Positions 19,235 through 28,575 of a DNA stretch of 42,897 bases are shown here, piece by piece. Within the stretch, counting starts at the first letter, position 1; each line of letters starts with the position of its first letter. The position numbers were made by a program, and so were the translations under genes. Under the pieces are notes generated by a model. It did not search any database, was not told the origin of the DNA, and worked only from the letters and a program-made list of their open reading frames with translations. This DNA comes from a virus: the IMG/VR virus record IMGVR_UViG_3300021437_000006, positions 1 through 42,897 of that record; one strand, 5' to 3'.

Positions 19235-19461
19235 ATGTTCCATTTTTGCTTAATTTTTTAAAATCTATTCTTCCAACAAAGAAAATTGCCGCATACCTTG
19301 TTGGTTTGGTTTCGGCAATTATAGCTTTAATGATGGGCTTAAATGCCGTTGATTTAAAGGCACAATTTTGCTCAACTCAGGAAATGGTACAATTGCCAAA
19401 AATGGTAATTGCTCCAACTCCCGCTCCAATGTCAACACCAGCGCCCGCTCCAGCAAATTAA
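19231..19461 (+). CDS. single-pass membrane protein of the lysis cassette
   Basis: 76 aa. One TM helix (IAAYLVGLVSAIIALMMGL) and a Pro/Ala-rich tail (APTPAPMSTPAPAPAN). ATGA overlap with the upstream gene. Confidence 0.4.
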   Translation: MNVPFLLNFLKSILPTKKIAAYLVGLVSAIIALMMGLNAVDLKAQFCSTQEMVQLPKMVIAPTPAPMSTPAPAPAN

Positions 19462-19475
19462 CTCCGGAGGTTTAA

Positions 19476-19862
19476 ATGGCAACAGTTCTAACTTATGGCC
19501 AGATAATCCCATCAGCCGGTGACCGCGGGGTTCCTTTATTTGAGAATCTTGAATCAAATTTTACCAGGCTTGATGGCCATACGCACGACGGTGTTAATTC
19601 ACCTCTTTTGACCGCTCAGGCATTTGTTGGTGTTGCTGAGACAATTCATGCTGCGAATTGGATTACATACGGCGGCCCGATTGGGCATTATCGCCAATTG
19701 GTGTCGGTAGCCCCCGGTTTTTTATTTGATACAATTGGTATTTCATTTAGAACTACGGATGGTAAATATATTTCTCCAACCGTTGAGCGCGTAACGAATA
19801 CGACATATTACGTTTACTCGACAGATAATACTGTTGATTTTGTGGCGGTTTATGGCGGCTAG
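19476..19862 (+). CDS. structural hypothetical protein
   Basis: 128 aa with GGAGG as RBS. Contains LDGHTHDGVNSPLL, a motif I associate with fibre or baseplate-type proteins. Confidence 0.45.
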   Translation: MATVLTYGQIIPSAGDRGVPLFENLESNFTRLDGHTHDGVNSPLLTAQAFVGVAETIHAANWITYGGPIGHYRQLVSVAPGFLFDTIGISFRTTDGKYISPTVERVTNTTYYVYSTDNTVDFVAVYGG

Positions 19863-22119
19863 TAATGCCCAGTCATTTGAAGTTATAGATTTCTCCGCCG
19901 GAATAACGGAGCACACATTTGAGCAAAAGCCGGGGACATCGGCCGAGCTCATAAATCTGCTTATCGGCGGAGACAAAAAGCCCATTTCCAGATGGGGATC
20001 TGATATTGATAATGTCAATTTCCCTCAGATACCTAATGGCCTAAGGGTTGGCGCGCTTATAAATTACGCAAATAATGATAAACTTTTTTATCAATCACTA
20101 AGAAGTATATTCTACAGAAATCCAGAATCATTTAGTGAGGTTGTTGGCCCTACGGGGAACACTGTTTTTTCAATTGGTGATGTTAATAGCGTACCATCTT
20201 TTGCGCAGTGGAATAGGCATCTATACGTTACAAATAATGCTTATTCAAAACCTGTAAAGATTTTCAAAGATCAAAGTGGATCATATCAGCTTAGATCATC
20301 AGGCCTACCAAATCTCGCATCAACTCCTGTAATTACCGCAAGCGTTGCTGGTGATTTTTCTTTTTTATATGCTTTTTATTTCTCATATACTTATACTGTT
20401 TTTGACTCTACATATGAAAGCCTTGGACCGGTAACGCTAACTTCGGTTAAGCTATCTTCAGATCCGGTAACTGGTCCAATTGCAATTACTGGAATTCCAG
20501 TTTTAACAAATGGAACAGATGATAATTTTGATATCGCAAATATTAAAATTAAAATTTTCAGATCTTCAGCTGATGGAACTTTTTTACAGCAGGTTGGTGA
20601 AGTAAATAATGGCACAACATCATTCACTGATAACGTCAGCGATGCAACACTCGGAGATACAGGGATACCGCTCTACACTAACGACGGTACAGTTGATTTT
20701 GATCCTGTTCCTTTGCATAAATATAATCATGTTGTTAGCAATACTGGTTATTATGCTTACATAAAAGATGCTTCAGGAGTATCTCCGTACAAAGTTCGCC
20801 AGAGTGTTCCTGGAATTCCAGATACGGCTCCAGTTGATTTTGAAACGCTTGTTGATGACGAAATTACTGGTATTTCAAGCGTTCAAAGTAGACCTATAGT
20901 TTTCTGCAAAAAATACGTTTTTAGAATCGACCAGTCATTTGATCAGTTCGGCCGTGGAAACATGATCCCCGTTCGCATTTCCGACAATGCCGGATGCGTA
21001 TCGCATAACAGTATTGTTGAAGCAGAAAACTCCATGTTTTGGTTCGGGAATGATGGTGTTTATTTTACTGATGGATATGTTGTAAAAAAAGTATCCGATG
21101 ATAGCAACGATAGATATAAAGAATATCTAAAAAATAATACCAACCGCGAGAGAATAACCGGTAAATACTTCGAAAAAGAGCGGTTTATTCTTTGGTCTAT
21201 ACAGACAAATTTAGCAAATCAAGAAAATGATACTCTATTTATTTGTGATTTGCGATGGGGCATTTCCGAATCCATGACTTTTGTTATGTGGAATGGAAAT
21301 AGCTTTAGGCCTTCCGCGGTTGAAGTTTTTAATAATGAGATTTACCGCGGGGATCCGCGCGGATTTACGATGAGGCATGATGAGAATCTTCTATCAGATA
21401 AGAAGATTAACATTTATAAGCATCCTTCTGATTGGGTTAAAGAGACCATAATTTGGCAGCTAAAAACAATTAACTACAATTTTGGCGGTACTTTCTTTAG
21501 AAAATATCCTACCAGAATTTTGCTATCTGCCGGAGATGCTGGAAATACGACGATACAAATTACTGCCGTCAACGATGATGGTAAAGTAACCAGACAGTGT
21601 AAGCCAATTAGGGTTAGGCGAGATTTTATATGGAGAGACGATGATTTTGTATGGCGATCGACTGATTTTACTTGGCGCGCGGCTGGGCTTATTGAGCAAT
21701 GGCGTAGGTTTCCATCCGGAGGCCTGAGGCTTTCAACTCTTCAACTTATTATTACTAATGGTTATTCAGATATCACCAATTCGGATACTCTTGGCCTTGC
21801 CACCTTTGATCCAGTTTTAAACACGGCAACACTTAATGTTGCCGGTTCAGCTTGGCCAACTGCTGCAGAAGATTACTTCATCGCAACGGATATAGATGGA
21901 TACGTTAAAGAGTATCTAATCACAGCAAGAACAAATACGCAGATAATCATAAATGACCCATTAAATGACTTTCCTAGCGGATCAAGAAAATGGGTTATTC
22001 GAGGTTATAAAAAGGATGAACCTTTACATTTGCTTGGGTTTAATATTCACTGGACTAACGTATCGGCAACGCAACAGACCTATCATTCCAATGCAGCTTC
22101 CACTGGAGAAAATGCTTGA
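19852..22119 (+). CDS. large virion protein (tail hub/nozzle-like, by size and position)
   Basis: About 755 aa from the ATG at 19852; the ORF track opens at an upstream TTG at 19834. No enzymatic motif recognised. Size is comparable to podovirus tail tubular B proteins. Confidence 0.5.
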   Translation: MAASNAQSFEVIDFSAGITEHTFEQKPGTSAELINLLIGGDKKPISRWGSDIDNVNFPQIPNGLRVGALINYANNDKLFYQSLRSIFYRNPESFSEVVGPTGNTVFSIGDVNSVPSFAQWNRHLYVTNNAYSKPVKIFKDQSGSYQLRSSGLPNLASTPVITASVAGDFSFLYAFYFSYTYTVFDSTYESLGPVTLTSVKLSSDPVTGPIAITGIPVLTNGTDDNFDIANIKIKIFRSSADGTFLQQVGEVNNGTTSFTDNVSDATLGDTGIPLYTNDGTVDFDPVPLHKYNHVVSNTGYYAYIKDASGVSPYKVRQSVPGIPDTAPVDFETLVDDEITGISSVQSRPIVFCKKYVFRIDQSFDQFGRGNMIPVRISDNAGCVSHNSIVEAENSMFWFGNDGVYFTDGYVVKKVSDDSNDRYKEYLKNNTNRERITGKYFEKERFILWSIQTNLANQENDTLFICDLRWGISESMTFVMWNGNSFRPSAVEVFNNEIYRGDPRGFTMRHDENLLSDKKINIYKHPSDWVKETIIWQLKTINYNFGGTFFRKYPTRILLSAGDAGNTTIQITAVNDDGKVTRQCKPIRVRRDFIWRDDDFVWRSTDFTWRAAGLIEQWRRFPSGGLRLSTLQLIITNGYSDITNSDTLGLATFDPVLNTATLNVAGSAWPTAAEDYFIATDIDGYVKEYLITARTNTQIIINDPLNDFPSGSRKWVIRGYKKDEPLHLLGFNIHWTNVSATQQTYHSNAASTGENA

Positions 22120-22146
22120 TTATGATAGCCTTAGTTTGGGGGCTTA

Positions 22147-22848
22147 ATGGCATTTAAAACTTTCGGCGAATTGAATGCTGAACTAGAAAAAGAGCTCGAT
22201 CTTGAGGGCGAAGAGTTCATCGATAAGGCTGAGCTTATGCGTCTATGGAATAGGGCGGTTAGTGTAGCCGAAGGTCACCTAATTACTCTTGGGTTAAAGG
22301 ATAAATATCTTCTTGGTCGTGATAAATTAAACTTAGTTCTTGGTCAGGAAGAGTATGAGCTACCGGCCAGTATTTACGGCAATAAAATCATCAAAGCAAT
22401 TTATCACGTTGGGGCCACTTTTTATACGGTTTTGCCACTTGATTCTAAGGATATGTTTGAAAACTATGAGTATTTAAACTCATTTTCAACAACTGATTTT
22501 TATCGGTACTTGATTACGCACTCGACTCCTGGATCGCAAAAATTTCTATTAGTTCCAGCGGCAAGACAAACACTTACCGGTGCAATCACCTTATGGTTCT
22601 CTAGGAATGCGAATAGATATACTGCTGATTCAGATATTTGTGATTTACCGGTTATTGCTTATGAGTTTTTAAATGCCTATGTAACTGAGAAGTGCTACAA
22701 GAAGGAGTCTCACGTTAACTTCCAAGAGGCAAAAGCAGAAAGAATGGAAAAGGAATTACTGATGCAATCTATTCTTTCCGGTCAAATTTCCGATAGCGAA
22801 ATGTCGTTAATGGAAAAAGATTTATCATCATACCAGGAGAGTAGCTAA
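22147..22848 (+). CDS. structural protein (adaptor or tail tubular A-like, positional)
   Basis: 233 aa, immediately after the 755-aa protein gene. Confidence 0.4.
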   Translation: MAFKTFGELNAELEKELDLEGEEFIDKAELMRLWNRAVSVAEGHLITLGLKDKYLLGRDKLNLVLGQEEYELPASIYGNKIIKAIYHVGATFYTVLPLDSKDMFENYEYLNSFSTTDFYRYLITHSTPGSQKFLLVPAARQTLTGAITLWFSRNANRYTADSDICDLPVIAYEFLNAYVTEKCYKKESHVNFQEAKAERMEKELLMQSILSGQISDSEMSLMEKDLSSYQESS

Positions 22849-23624
22849 TGGGATTTTTTGGCGGTGGCGGATTTAAAGCGCAGGGACCAGATGCTAATTT
22901 GGTACAAATAGAAAATCAAAGAAAACAATTGGCCGATCTTCAGGCGCAAGTTGATTATCAAAAACAGATGCGCCAAACGGCTATGCAAAAAGGTCCTGGT
23001 TATCAAAACTTTGATCAGAATGAATTTGAAAAACAAGCTGGAGTTTTGCCTCCAGGATATGAAGGCGTAAGGGATGTTAATACTGGTCAATTGATTGATC
23101 AGTTTAAAGTTAACCCATTTACCGGTGAAGCATCGAAAAGATTAAGAGACGAAGCCTTAAGTACAGGACCTAGCGAATGGGCTAAAAATGCTCTTCAAAA
23201 GCAAAAGTTTGATGAACAGCAGGCCCTTGGGAAATCAGGCCTTCAGCAGCAAATGCAGCAAAGCAATGCTCAGTCTCAATTAATGAGGCAGGGTGGACTT
23301 GCTGGCGGTGCTAGGACATCGCTTGCGAGATCCGGAGCGCGCGACGCGCTAATGGCTTCGCAAAATGTTGGCGCCCAAGGCATTCAGCAACGGTATGGGA
23401 TTAATGATACTGATGCTCAGAGAAGGCAGCAGCTTCTTGGGACAACCGCAGATGTTGAAAGACAGGCCGATCTTGCTAATCAAAAAACTTTGCAGGATGA
23501 AATACAAAGAAAAGCGGTTTTCGATGCCAACCGATACAATCAGCAAATGTCAGCGTGGGGTGCTAAGCAGGCGGCAGATGCTACGCGCGCAGCTGGGCAA
23601 AAAAGCGGAGGCGGAAAGAAGTGA
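22848..23624 (+). CDS. Gln-rich internal virion/ejection-type protein
   Basis: 258 aa with a Gly-rich N-terminus (MGFFGGGGF) and a long Gln/Ala-rich helical region. TAATG overlap with the upstream gene. Confidence 0.45.
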   Translation: MGFFGGGGFKAQGPDANLVQIENQRKQLADLQAQVDYQKQMRQTAMQKGPGYQNFDQNEFEKQAGVLPPGYEGVRDVNTGQLIDQFKVNPFTGEASKRLRDEALSTGPSEWAKNALQKQKFDEQQALGKSGLQQQMQQSNAQSQLMRQGGLAGGARTSLARSGARDALMASQNVGAQGIQQRYGINDTDAQRRQQLLGTTADVERQADLANQKTLQDEIQRKAVFDANRYNQQMSAWGAKQAADATRAAGQKSGGGKK

Positions 23625-24040
23625 GCCTAAACTTTGAGCTAGTTTCTAAAGAAGACTGGAGAAAGATGAGTCAAGCTGCTCATAAGTATTCTTTTGGAAA
23701 TACTCGAAGTGCTGATATGGATAGAATCGATTACGCTCTGGTTATTAAAAAAGATGATGAACTATGTTGTTATGCTACCATCATAGAAATCGATAAAGAA
23801 TCAGCATATATGCAACACGGTGGAAATTTTAGGCCAGCCGAAGGATCGGTTATAACCCTGCGTGGTTATTTGATGATGCTTAATTATTTAAAAGAAAATT
23901 ACAAACACGTCTCCACTCGCATATTTAATAAAAATAAGGCCATGTTAAAGTTAGCATGGGCTGGTGGCTTTACTATTGTTGGATGCGAAGTGAATAAGGT
24001 TGGAGAATTGTATTTAGTTTTAGATTTGGAAAAAACTTAA
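23621..24040 (+). CDS. GNAT-like acetyltransferase-fold protein (tentative)
   Basis: 139 aa. VSTRIFNKNKAMLKLAWAGGFTIVG resembles the C-terminal N..A..ly.k.GF motif of GNAT enzymes, and LRGYLMML lies where the acetyl-CoA loop would be. Confidence 0.35.
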   Translation: MSLNFELVSKEDWRKMSQAAHKYSFGNTRSADMDRIDYALVIKKDDELCCYATIIEIDKESAYMQHGGNFRPAEGSVITLRGYLMMLNYLKENYKHVSTRIFNKNKAMLKLAWAGGFTIVGCEVNKVGELYLVLDLEKT

Positions 24041-24055
24041 TTACTGGAGGTTTAT

Positions 24056-24424
24056 ATGTGGCCAATGATAGCAGCGACACTTGGTTCTGCGGCAATCGGA
24101 GCATTATCCGGAGCGCAACAAAGAAAAGCTCAACAAGAACAAAATCAGGCTCAAGCTGATATTGCAGCAGCGCAAACTCAATATTCACCGTGGACAAATA
24201 TCAAGCCACAGGCGGCGCAAATGCAGACAGTTACCGGCAGTCCACTTGGCGGTGCCGCTCAAGGTGCTTTATCTGGTGCGATGTTTGCTCAGGGGATGAA
24301 AAATCAAGACGCAGCAAAATCAAATCCAGAAGCAGATGCTATGGAAAAACTGCGACAAGAACAAATGAAGAATAATTTTCAAAATAGCAATTTGCAGATG
24401 CCAGGTTCTATTTTAAATAGATAG
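24056..24424 (+). CDS. membrane-anchored Gln-rich ejection-type protein
   Basis: 122 aa with GGAGG as RBS. N-terminal hydrophobic segment MWPMIAATLGSAAIGALSGA, then a Gln/Ala-rich region. Confidence 0.45.
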   Translation: MWPMIAATLGSAAIGALSGAQQRKAQQEQNQAQADIAAAQTQYSPWTNIKPQAAQMQTVTGSPLGGAAQGALSGAMFAQGMKNQDAAKSNPEADAMEKLRQEQMKNNFQNSNLQMPGSILNR

Positions 24425-24433
24425 GAAGTAACC

Positions 24434-25843
24434 ATGCCAATTCCAGAAGCTTTAGCATTAGCGAGTCCTTGGCTTAGCAAATTATTTAACGTAAATGGTG
24501 ATCAAACCAATCAAGCGCAGCTGAGCCAGATGAATCAGCAAGCTGGTGGCGATCAGGGATTTAATATTCCATCTGCTCTTTTGCCAAATGATCAATATCA
24601 AAAGCAACAAAGGCCAAGCCCCCAATCTCCAGCGGTTGTTCCGCCACCAACACCGCGGTCATCTTTTACCGCTCAGCCAACAACGACGCCACTTGGTTAC
24701 CCTCCTCAGGAGATGGTACCAGATCAACGCCAGAGCTTGATTGATAGTAAAATATTTTCAAATGCCAGTGATTATCTCGCTAAGAAATTCAAAGAACCTC
24801 CGCATGATAATTCCGCTCTTATGCAGCTAATGCAAAATGGTGATAAAAGCTACGGTGAGGGAATGCAGAGTAACTTAGAGAACATAAAACTGCTAAAGGA
24901 TCAGTTGAATAAATATGCACACACCGATCAAGGTTATGATTATACTCCTCTTGCTGCTTTTCTTGACTCTCGCTTTGGAGGGAATTTAACTCAAGCCGCG
25001 AAAGAAATGGCTCCGGAGACTCCTGCGCAAAAACTTGCTCATCAGCAAGAAATGCAAATGAAGATTGCAGAATTCCAAGGAAGACAACCAGGAATTGAGC
25101 TTGAACATGCCAAGAATCAAATGCAGCAACAGGGCTATATTGATGAGCGCGCGCAAAAGGATGCAGCAGCTAAGGAAGAGGCAGCAGCAAAAGTTATTGG
25201 TTCAGCTGGTCAACTTCAGCGGTCGCAATTGATGGGCCAAAGAATGGACTTGCAAACTAGTAAAGATGCCGGAGCAGTTGGCTCAGCATATGAGCATGAT
25301 CCGATCCTTAAAGCATCAAAGATGAGTAAGAATTCAATCGACCGCGCTATCAGTATTTTGAATAATACTTCAAAACCAGTAACGGCCACTGATTTAAACC
25401 TTGCTTACAATGATTATATTAATTCAGTCGCCGTAGGGGGAGCCGCCACCGAGGGTAAGATTTCAAGAGAATTGCCTGAAAACTGGGATGTTAAGTGGAA
25501 TATGTTTAAACAAGAGGCTGGTAAAATAGATGACCTGAGAAAGAGTCCTGTTGGAGCAGAGCTTATTGATATGTTAAAAAATAATATGGCAAAGGTTAAG
25601 GATGACCTTAAAACCGCAGTAGCCGAGCAAGCGACAAATATCCATAGTAATTACCTCAATAGCACAAATCAAAAAGCCATCGAGACAAATAAGCGGAAAC
25701 TAAAAGAATACGCTCCGGATGCCTACAACCAAATGTATGATCCGCAGGCTATTCAAGATGAGCACAATTCGGCAATAGAATGGGCCAAGAAAAATCCAAA
25801 TGACCTTGCTGCGAAGAAAATATTAAGCTTACACGGGATGTAA
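24434..25843 (+). CDS. internal virion/ejection protein
   Basis: 469 aa, Gln/Pro-rich N-terminus, mostly helical composition. Lies in the block after the tail-hub gene. Confidence 0.45.
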   Translation: MPIPEALALASPWLSKLFNVNGDQTNQAQLSQMNQQAGGDQGFNIPSALLPNDQYQKQQRPSPQSPAVVPPPTPRSSFTAQPTTTPLGYPPQEMVPDQRQSLIDSKIFSNASDYLAKKFKEPPHDNSALMQLMQNGDKSYGEGMQSNLENIKLLKDQLNKYAHTDQGYDYTPLAAFLDSRFGGNLTQAAKEMAPETPAQKLAHQQEMQMKIAEFQGRQPGIELEHAKNQMQQQGYIDERAQKDAAAKEEAAAKVIGSAGQLQRSQLMGQRMDLQTSKDAGAVGSAYEHDPILKASKMSKNSIDRAISILNNTSKPVTATDLNLAYNDYINSVAVGGAATEGKISRELPENWDVKWNMFKQEAGKIDDLRKSPVGAELIDMLKNNMAKVKDDLKTAVAEQATNIHSNYLNSTNQKAIETNKRKLKEYAPDAYNQMYDPQAIQDEHNSAIEWAKKNPNDLAAKKILSLHGM

Positions 25844-25844
25844 T

Positions 25845-27200
25845 ATGGCAGATTTTGACCCAAATGCTTACCTGGAAAAATACGGAAAACAGGATACTGG
25901 TTTTAGCCCAGATGCATACTTGAATAAATATGCATCAAATGAGTCAAAAAAACCAGAAATTGAAGCTCCAGAGCAATCAGGAGAAGCTCCTATTTGGAAA
26001 AAAGCCATTGAAACAACTGGGAAGACTCTAGACTGGCCTGGTGGCGTCGCTAGGGCGGCTCTGGCAGGAGCAGCAAGCATACCTAGGGTAATTAGTGGGG
26101 AAGACAGTTTAGTTAACCTACAGGATTTAAAACACGCTTTGGCTGGTCCCATGGGACCTGGAGCCACGCGAAGCTCAGAATATATGCAAAGAGCAGGGGT
26201 GCCAGAGGGCGATATTGCTCATTATCCCTTATTGGGGGATCTATCTGCTCGTGATGTTGGCGGATTTGCAATGGATATTGCTACCGATCCGCTCACTGCA
26301 CTTTCACACGCGGGAACTGCTGGCATGAATTATCTCGATAAGGGTACCGAAGCAGTCGGTAAAACTGTATTTAAAAGTGGTCTTAAAAAAATAGACCAAG
26401 CTGTTGCAGAAAAAGGCGCACAGCCATTGAGTGATGTCTTAATCAGCAATGGTATTTCTGGGACAACAAAGCAAATCAGATCAGCAAGCGAAAAACTATT
26501 AAACGATACCAAATCAGGAAGAGACGCATTGCACGCAGAAGCAGATGCGGCCGGAGCAATGGTTGATCCATCCATAGCCTTTAAAGATTCACTCGATAAA
26601 GTTACCAAAATGGGCGAGCGCGACCCAGGCCTTAAAGAGCTTGCCGATAAATTAAAAGAGAAAATTCAAACCTATATTGATCATGGACCGGTTCCCCTCT
26701 CGCAAGCATCTGAGTGGAAAACAAATCTTAATTCGGCGATGCCAGAATCATCATTTGATAAGTTCGGCAGACTAAAAGGGCCAGCTGATAGAATAAATAA
26801 AAGTATGGCCGGAGGTTTGAAGAGAGAAATCGAAGCATCTGGCAATAGGGTATCTGAAGGACTTGGTGATGAAATAGGTGCAGCAAATGACCAAATGCAG
26901 ACTCTTTTAACCGCCAGAAAACCATTAAAAACCGCGGCAAAAGCAGCTGAAAATATCAATGCAGTTACAAGTGTTGATGCTATGCTTGCCGGTCTTGGCG
27001 GTGCTGCAACACATAATCTTCCAGAAACTGCTGCAATTCTTGCTGCGAAAAAAGCAGCCGATCTATCAAAAACAACCGCGGCCAGAACAACCGCAGGACG
27101 CGCCATCATGGGACTTGGAAATACAAACTCCATAACTCCATTTGTTAATCAAAGTATTATCCACTCACCATGGGCAAATATGCAGCAAGGCGGTGAATAA
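25845..27200 (+). CDS. internal virion/ejection protein
   Basis: 451 aa. Duplicated N-terminal motif FDPNAYLEKYG / SPDAYLNKYA, followed by an Ala/Gly-rich region. Confidence 0.45.
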   Translation: MADFDPNAYLEKYGKQDTGFSPDAYLNKYASNESKKPEIEAPEQSGEAPIWKKAIETTGKTLDWPGGVARAALAGAASIPRVISGEDSLVNLQDLKHALAGPMGPGATRSSEYMQRAGVPEGDIAHYPLLGDLSARDVGGFAMDIATDPLTALSHAGTAGMNYLDKGTEAVGKTVFKSGLKKIDQAVAEKGAQPLSDVLISNGISGTTKQIRSASEKLLNDTKSGRDALHAEADAAGAMVDPSIAFKDSLDKVTKMGERDPGLKELADKLKEKIQTYIDHGPVPLSQASEWKTNLNSAMPESSFDKFGRLKGPADRINKSMAGGLKREIEASGNRVSEGLGDEIGAANDQMQTLLTARKPLKTAAKAAENINAVTSVDAMLAGLGGAATHNLPETAAILAAKKAADLSKTTAARTTAGRAIMGLGNTNSITPFVNQSIIHSPWANMQQGGE

Positions 27201-27398
27201 ATGGGCGACACTGGCGGCGGAGACGCATCTCAACCAGCAGCTAATCCTCCAGCGCCAACAGTTTCAACCGGTGGAACTAAACGCGACTTCGGGAATATGC
27301 TAAATTATCACCAACCGAAAAAGACAAAAGCGCATCATGGTGATTTCAGTCCTTGGACTAAAATGAAAAAACAAACTACTAAATTGGAGAAATTATGA
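27201..27398 (+). CDS. small basic hypothetical protein
   Basis: 65 aa. It starts 1 nt after the upstream stop and has an ATGA overlap with the next gene. Confidence 0.35.
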   Translation: MGDTGGGDASQPAANPPAPTVSTGGTKRDFGNMLNYHQPKKTKAHHGDFSPWTKMKKQTTKLEKL

Positions 27399-27694
27399 AG
27401 AAAAAAGAATATGGATCAAAACCATCTGCGCCACTTGTATCTCATGCTGAGGAAATGTCAGAACCAGCTTCCGAATCAGCAAAAGAGCCACCAGCTGAAC
27501 ATGAGCTAAATATGCATCATGAAACCCTTATGAAGGCTGAGCAGATTAAAAATGATCCGCATATCATGAAGCATTTGAAGCCTCATATGGAAATGAAAAT
27601 GAAACATATGAAACAAGTTATGGGAGAACATTCGATGCCTGAGAAAATCACAAGCATCGAAGGTCTCCGAAAGAAAGAAAAAACTCTAGCTTAA
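27395..27694 (+). CDS. Met/His-rich small protein
   Basis: 99 aa with GGAGA as RBS. I count 11 Met and 9 His, concentrated in NMHHETLMKAEQIKNDPHIMKHLKPHMEMKMKHMKQVMGEHSM. Confidence 0.45.
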   Translation: MKKKEYGSKPSAPLVSHAEEMSEPASESAKEPPAEHELNMHHETLMKAEQIKNDPHIMKHLKPHMEMKMKHMKQVMGEHSMPEKITSIEGLRKKEKTLA

Positions 27695-27708
27695 TTGTGC
27701 CTATGGCA

Positions 27709-28167
27709 CTAGTGAGCAGGAGTAACTTCTGGAGTGGTATCATTTAATACCGCTCTTAATCCAAGATGCTTATCGTCGCTTTCGCCTAAGTCTAGATCGG
27801 CAATTACGGGCTCTAAAAGCATCAAATCCTGAGGCGAAAATTTAATATTTTCACTTAATTTTTGCGCATTCAGTTTTGCAATATTTACTGTAAATGAATT
27901 CTCAGCATGCTTTATAAGTTCAGCCTCACACGCTGCGCGCTGGTCTTCCTTAATATTAAAAAGAGTTGGATTCTTCTCATCAGCAGTACCAAACTTTTTC
28001 AAAATAGCTGTGCGCACCTCTGTGCAAAGAGCTTGCTCTTTTTTAATACGACGGCCAAGGAGTGCCAAAGATGAGCCATTTGCAAAATCCATTGGCTGAC
28101 CGTAAAGCTTGCCAAGAGATTTCATAAACTCCTGATCCATTAAATTTCCCCAAGTAATCTTAATCAT
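27709..28167 (-). CDS. hypothetical protein, last gene of the recombination operon
   Basis: 152 aa with GGGAGG as RBS, downstream of ssb. Confidence 0.55.
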   Translation of the reverse strand: MIKITWGNLMDQEFMKSLGKLYGQPMDFANGSSLALLGRRIKKEQALCTEVRTAILKKFGTADEKNPTLFNIKEDQRAACEAELIKHAENSFTVNIAKLNAQKLSENIKFSPQDLMLLEPVIADLDLGESDDKHLGLRAVLNDTTPEVTPAH

Positions 28168-28176
28168 AATCCTCCC

Positions 28177-28575
28177 TTAAAATGGAATTTCTTCCTGATA
28201 TGTATTTGTAGCAGTTGTTGTTTCGCGCTGAGTTTCATTCTGTTTATTACCGCCGATAAATTCAATATGATTCGCAACAACTTCGGTGCGATATTTCTTA
28301 GAGCCTGTTTCTTTATCATCCCAAGATCTGGTATTAAGCTCGCCTTCAATATAAACTTCGCGTCCTTTAGTTAAATATTTAGCAGCAATATCCGCAGTCT
28401 TTTTAAAACATACCACATCTGTCCACTGGGTTTTTTCTTTTTTCTCACCAGATTCATCTTTCCATTCTTTGCTAGTGGCAATTGAAAAATTAGTGATAGA
28501 AATGCCAGATGCATTTTTGTTCTCCGGATCTTTTCCAAGTCTCCCCAATAGTATTACCTTATTTATTCCCGACAT
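28177..28575 (-). CDS. ssb: single-stranded DNA-binding protein
   Basis: 132 aa. OB-fold signature INKVILLGRLGKDPE...TNFSIAT...TQWTDVVCFKKTADIAAKYLTKGREVYIEGEL and an acidic C-terminal tip EEIPF. GGAGG as RBS. Confidence 0.95.
   Translation of the reverse strand: MSGINKVILLGRLGKDPENKNASGISITNFSIATSKEWKDESGEKKEKTQWTDVVCFKKTADIAAKYLTKGREVYIEGELNTRSWDDKETGSKKYRTEVVANHIEFIGGNKQNETQRETTTATNTYQEEIPF

Noticed and set aside
27697-27709. Hairpin gtgcc-tat-ggcac between the convergent late and recombination operons, considered as a bidirectional terminator.
   Set aside because: The stem is only 5 bp, there are no flanking U/A tracts, and it overlaps a stop codon. The evidence is too weak to call.
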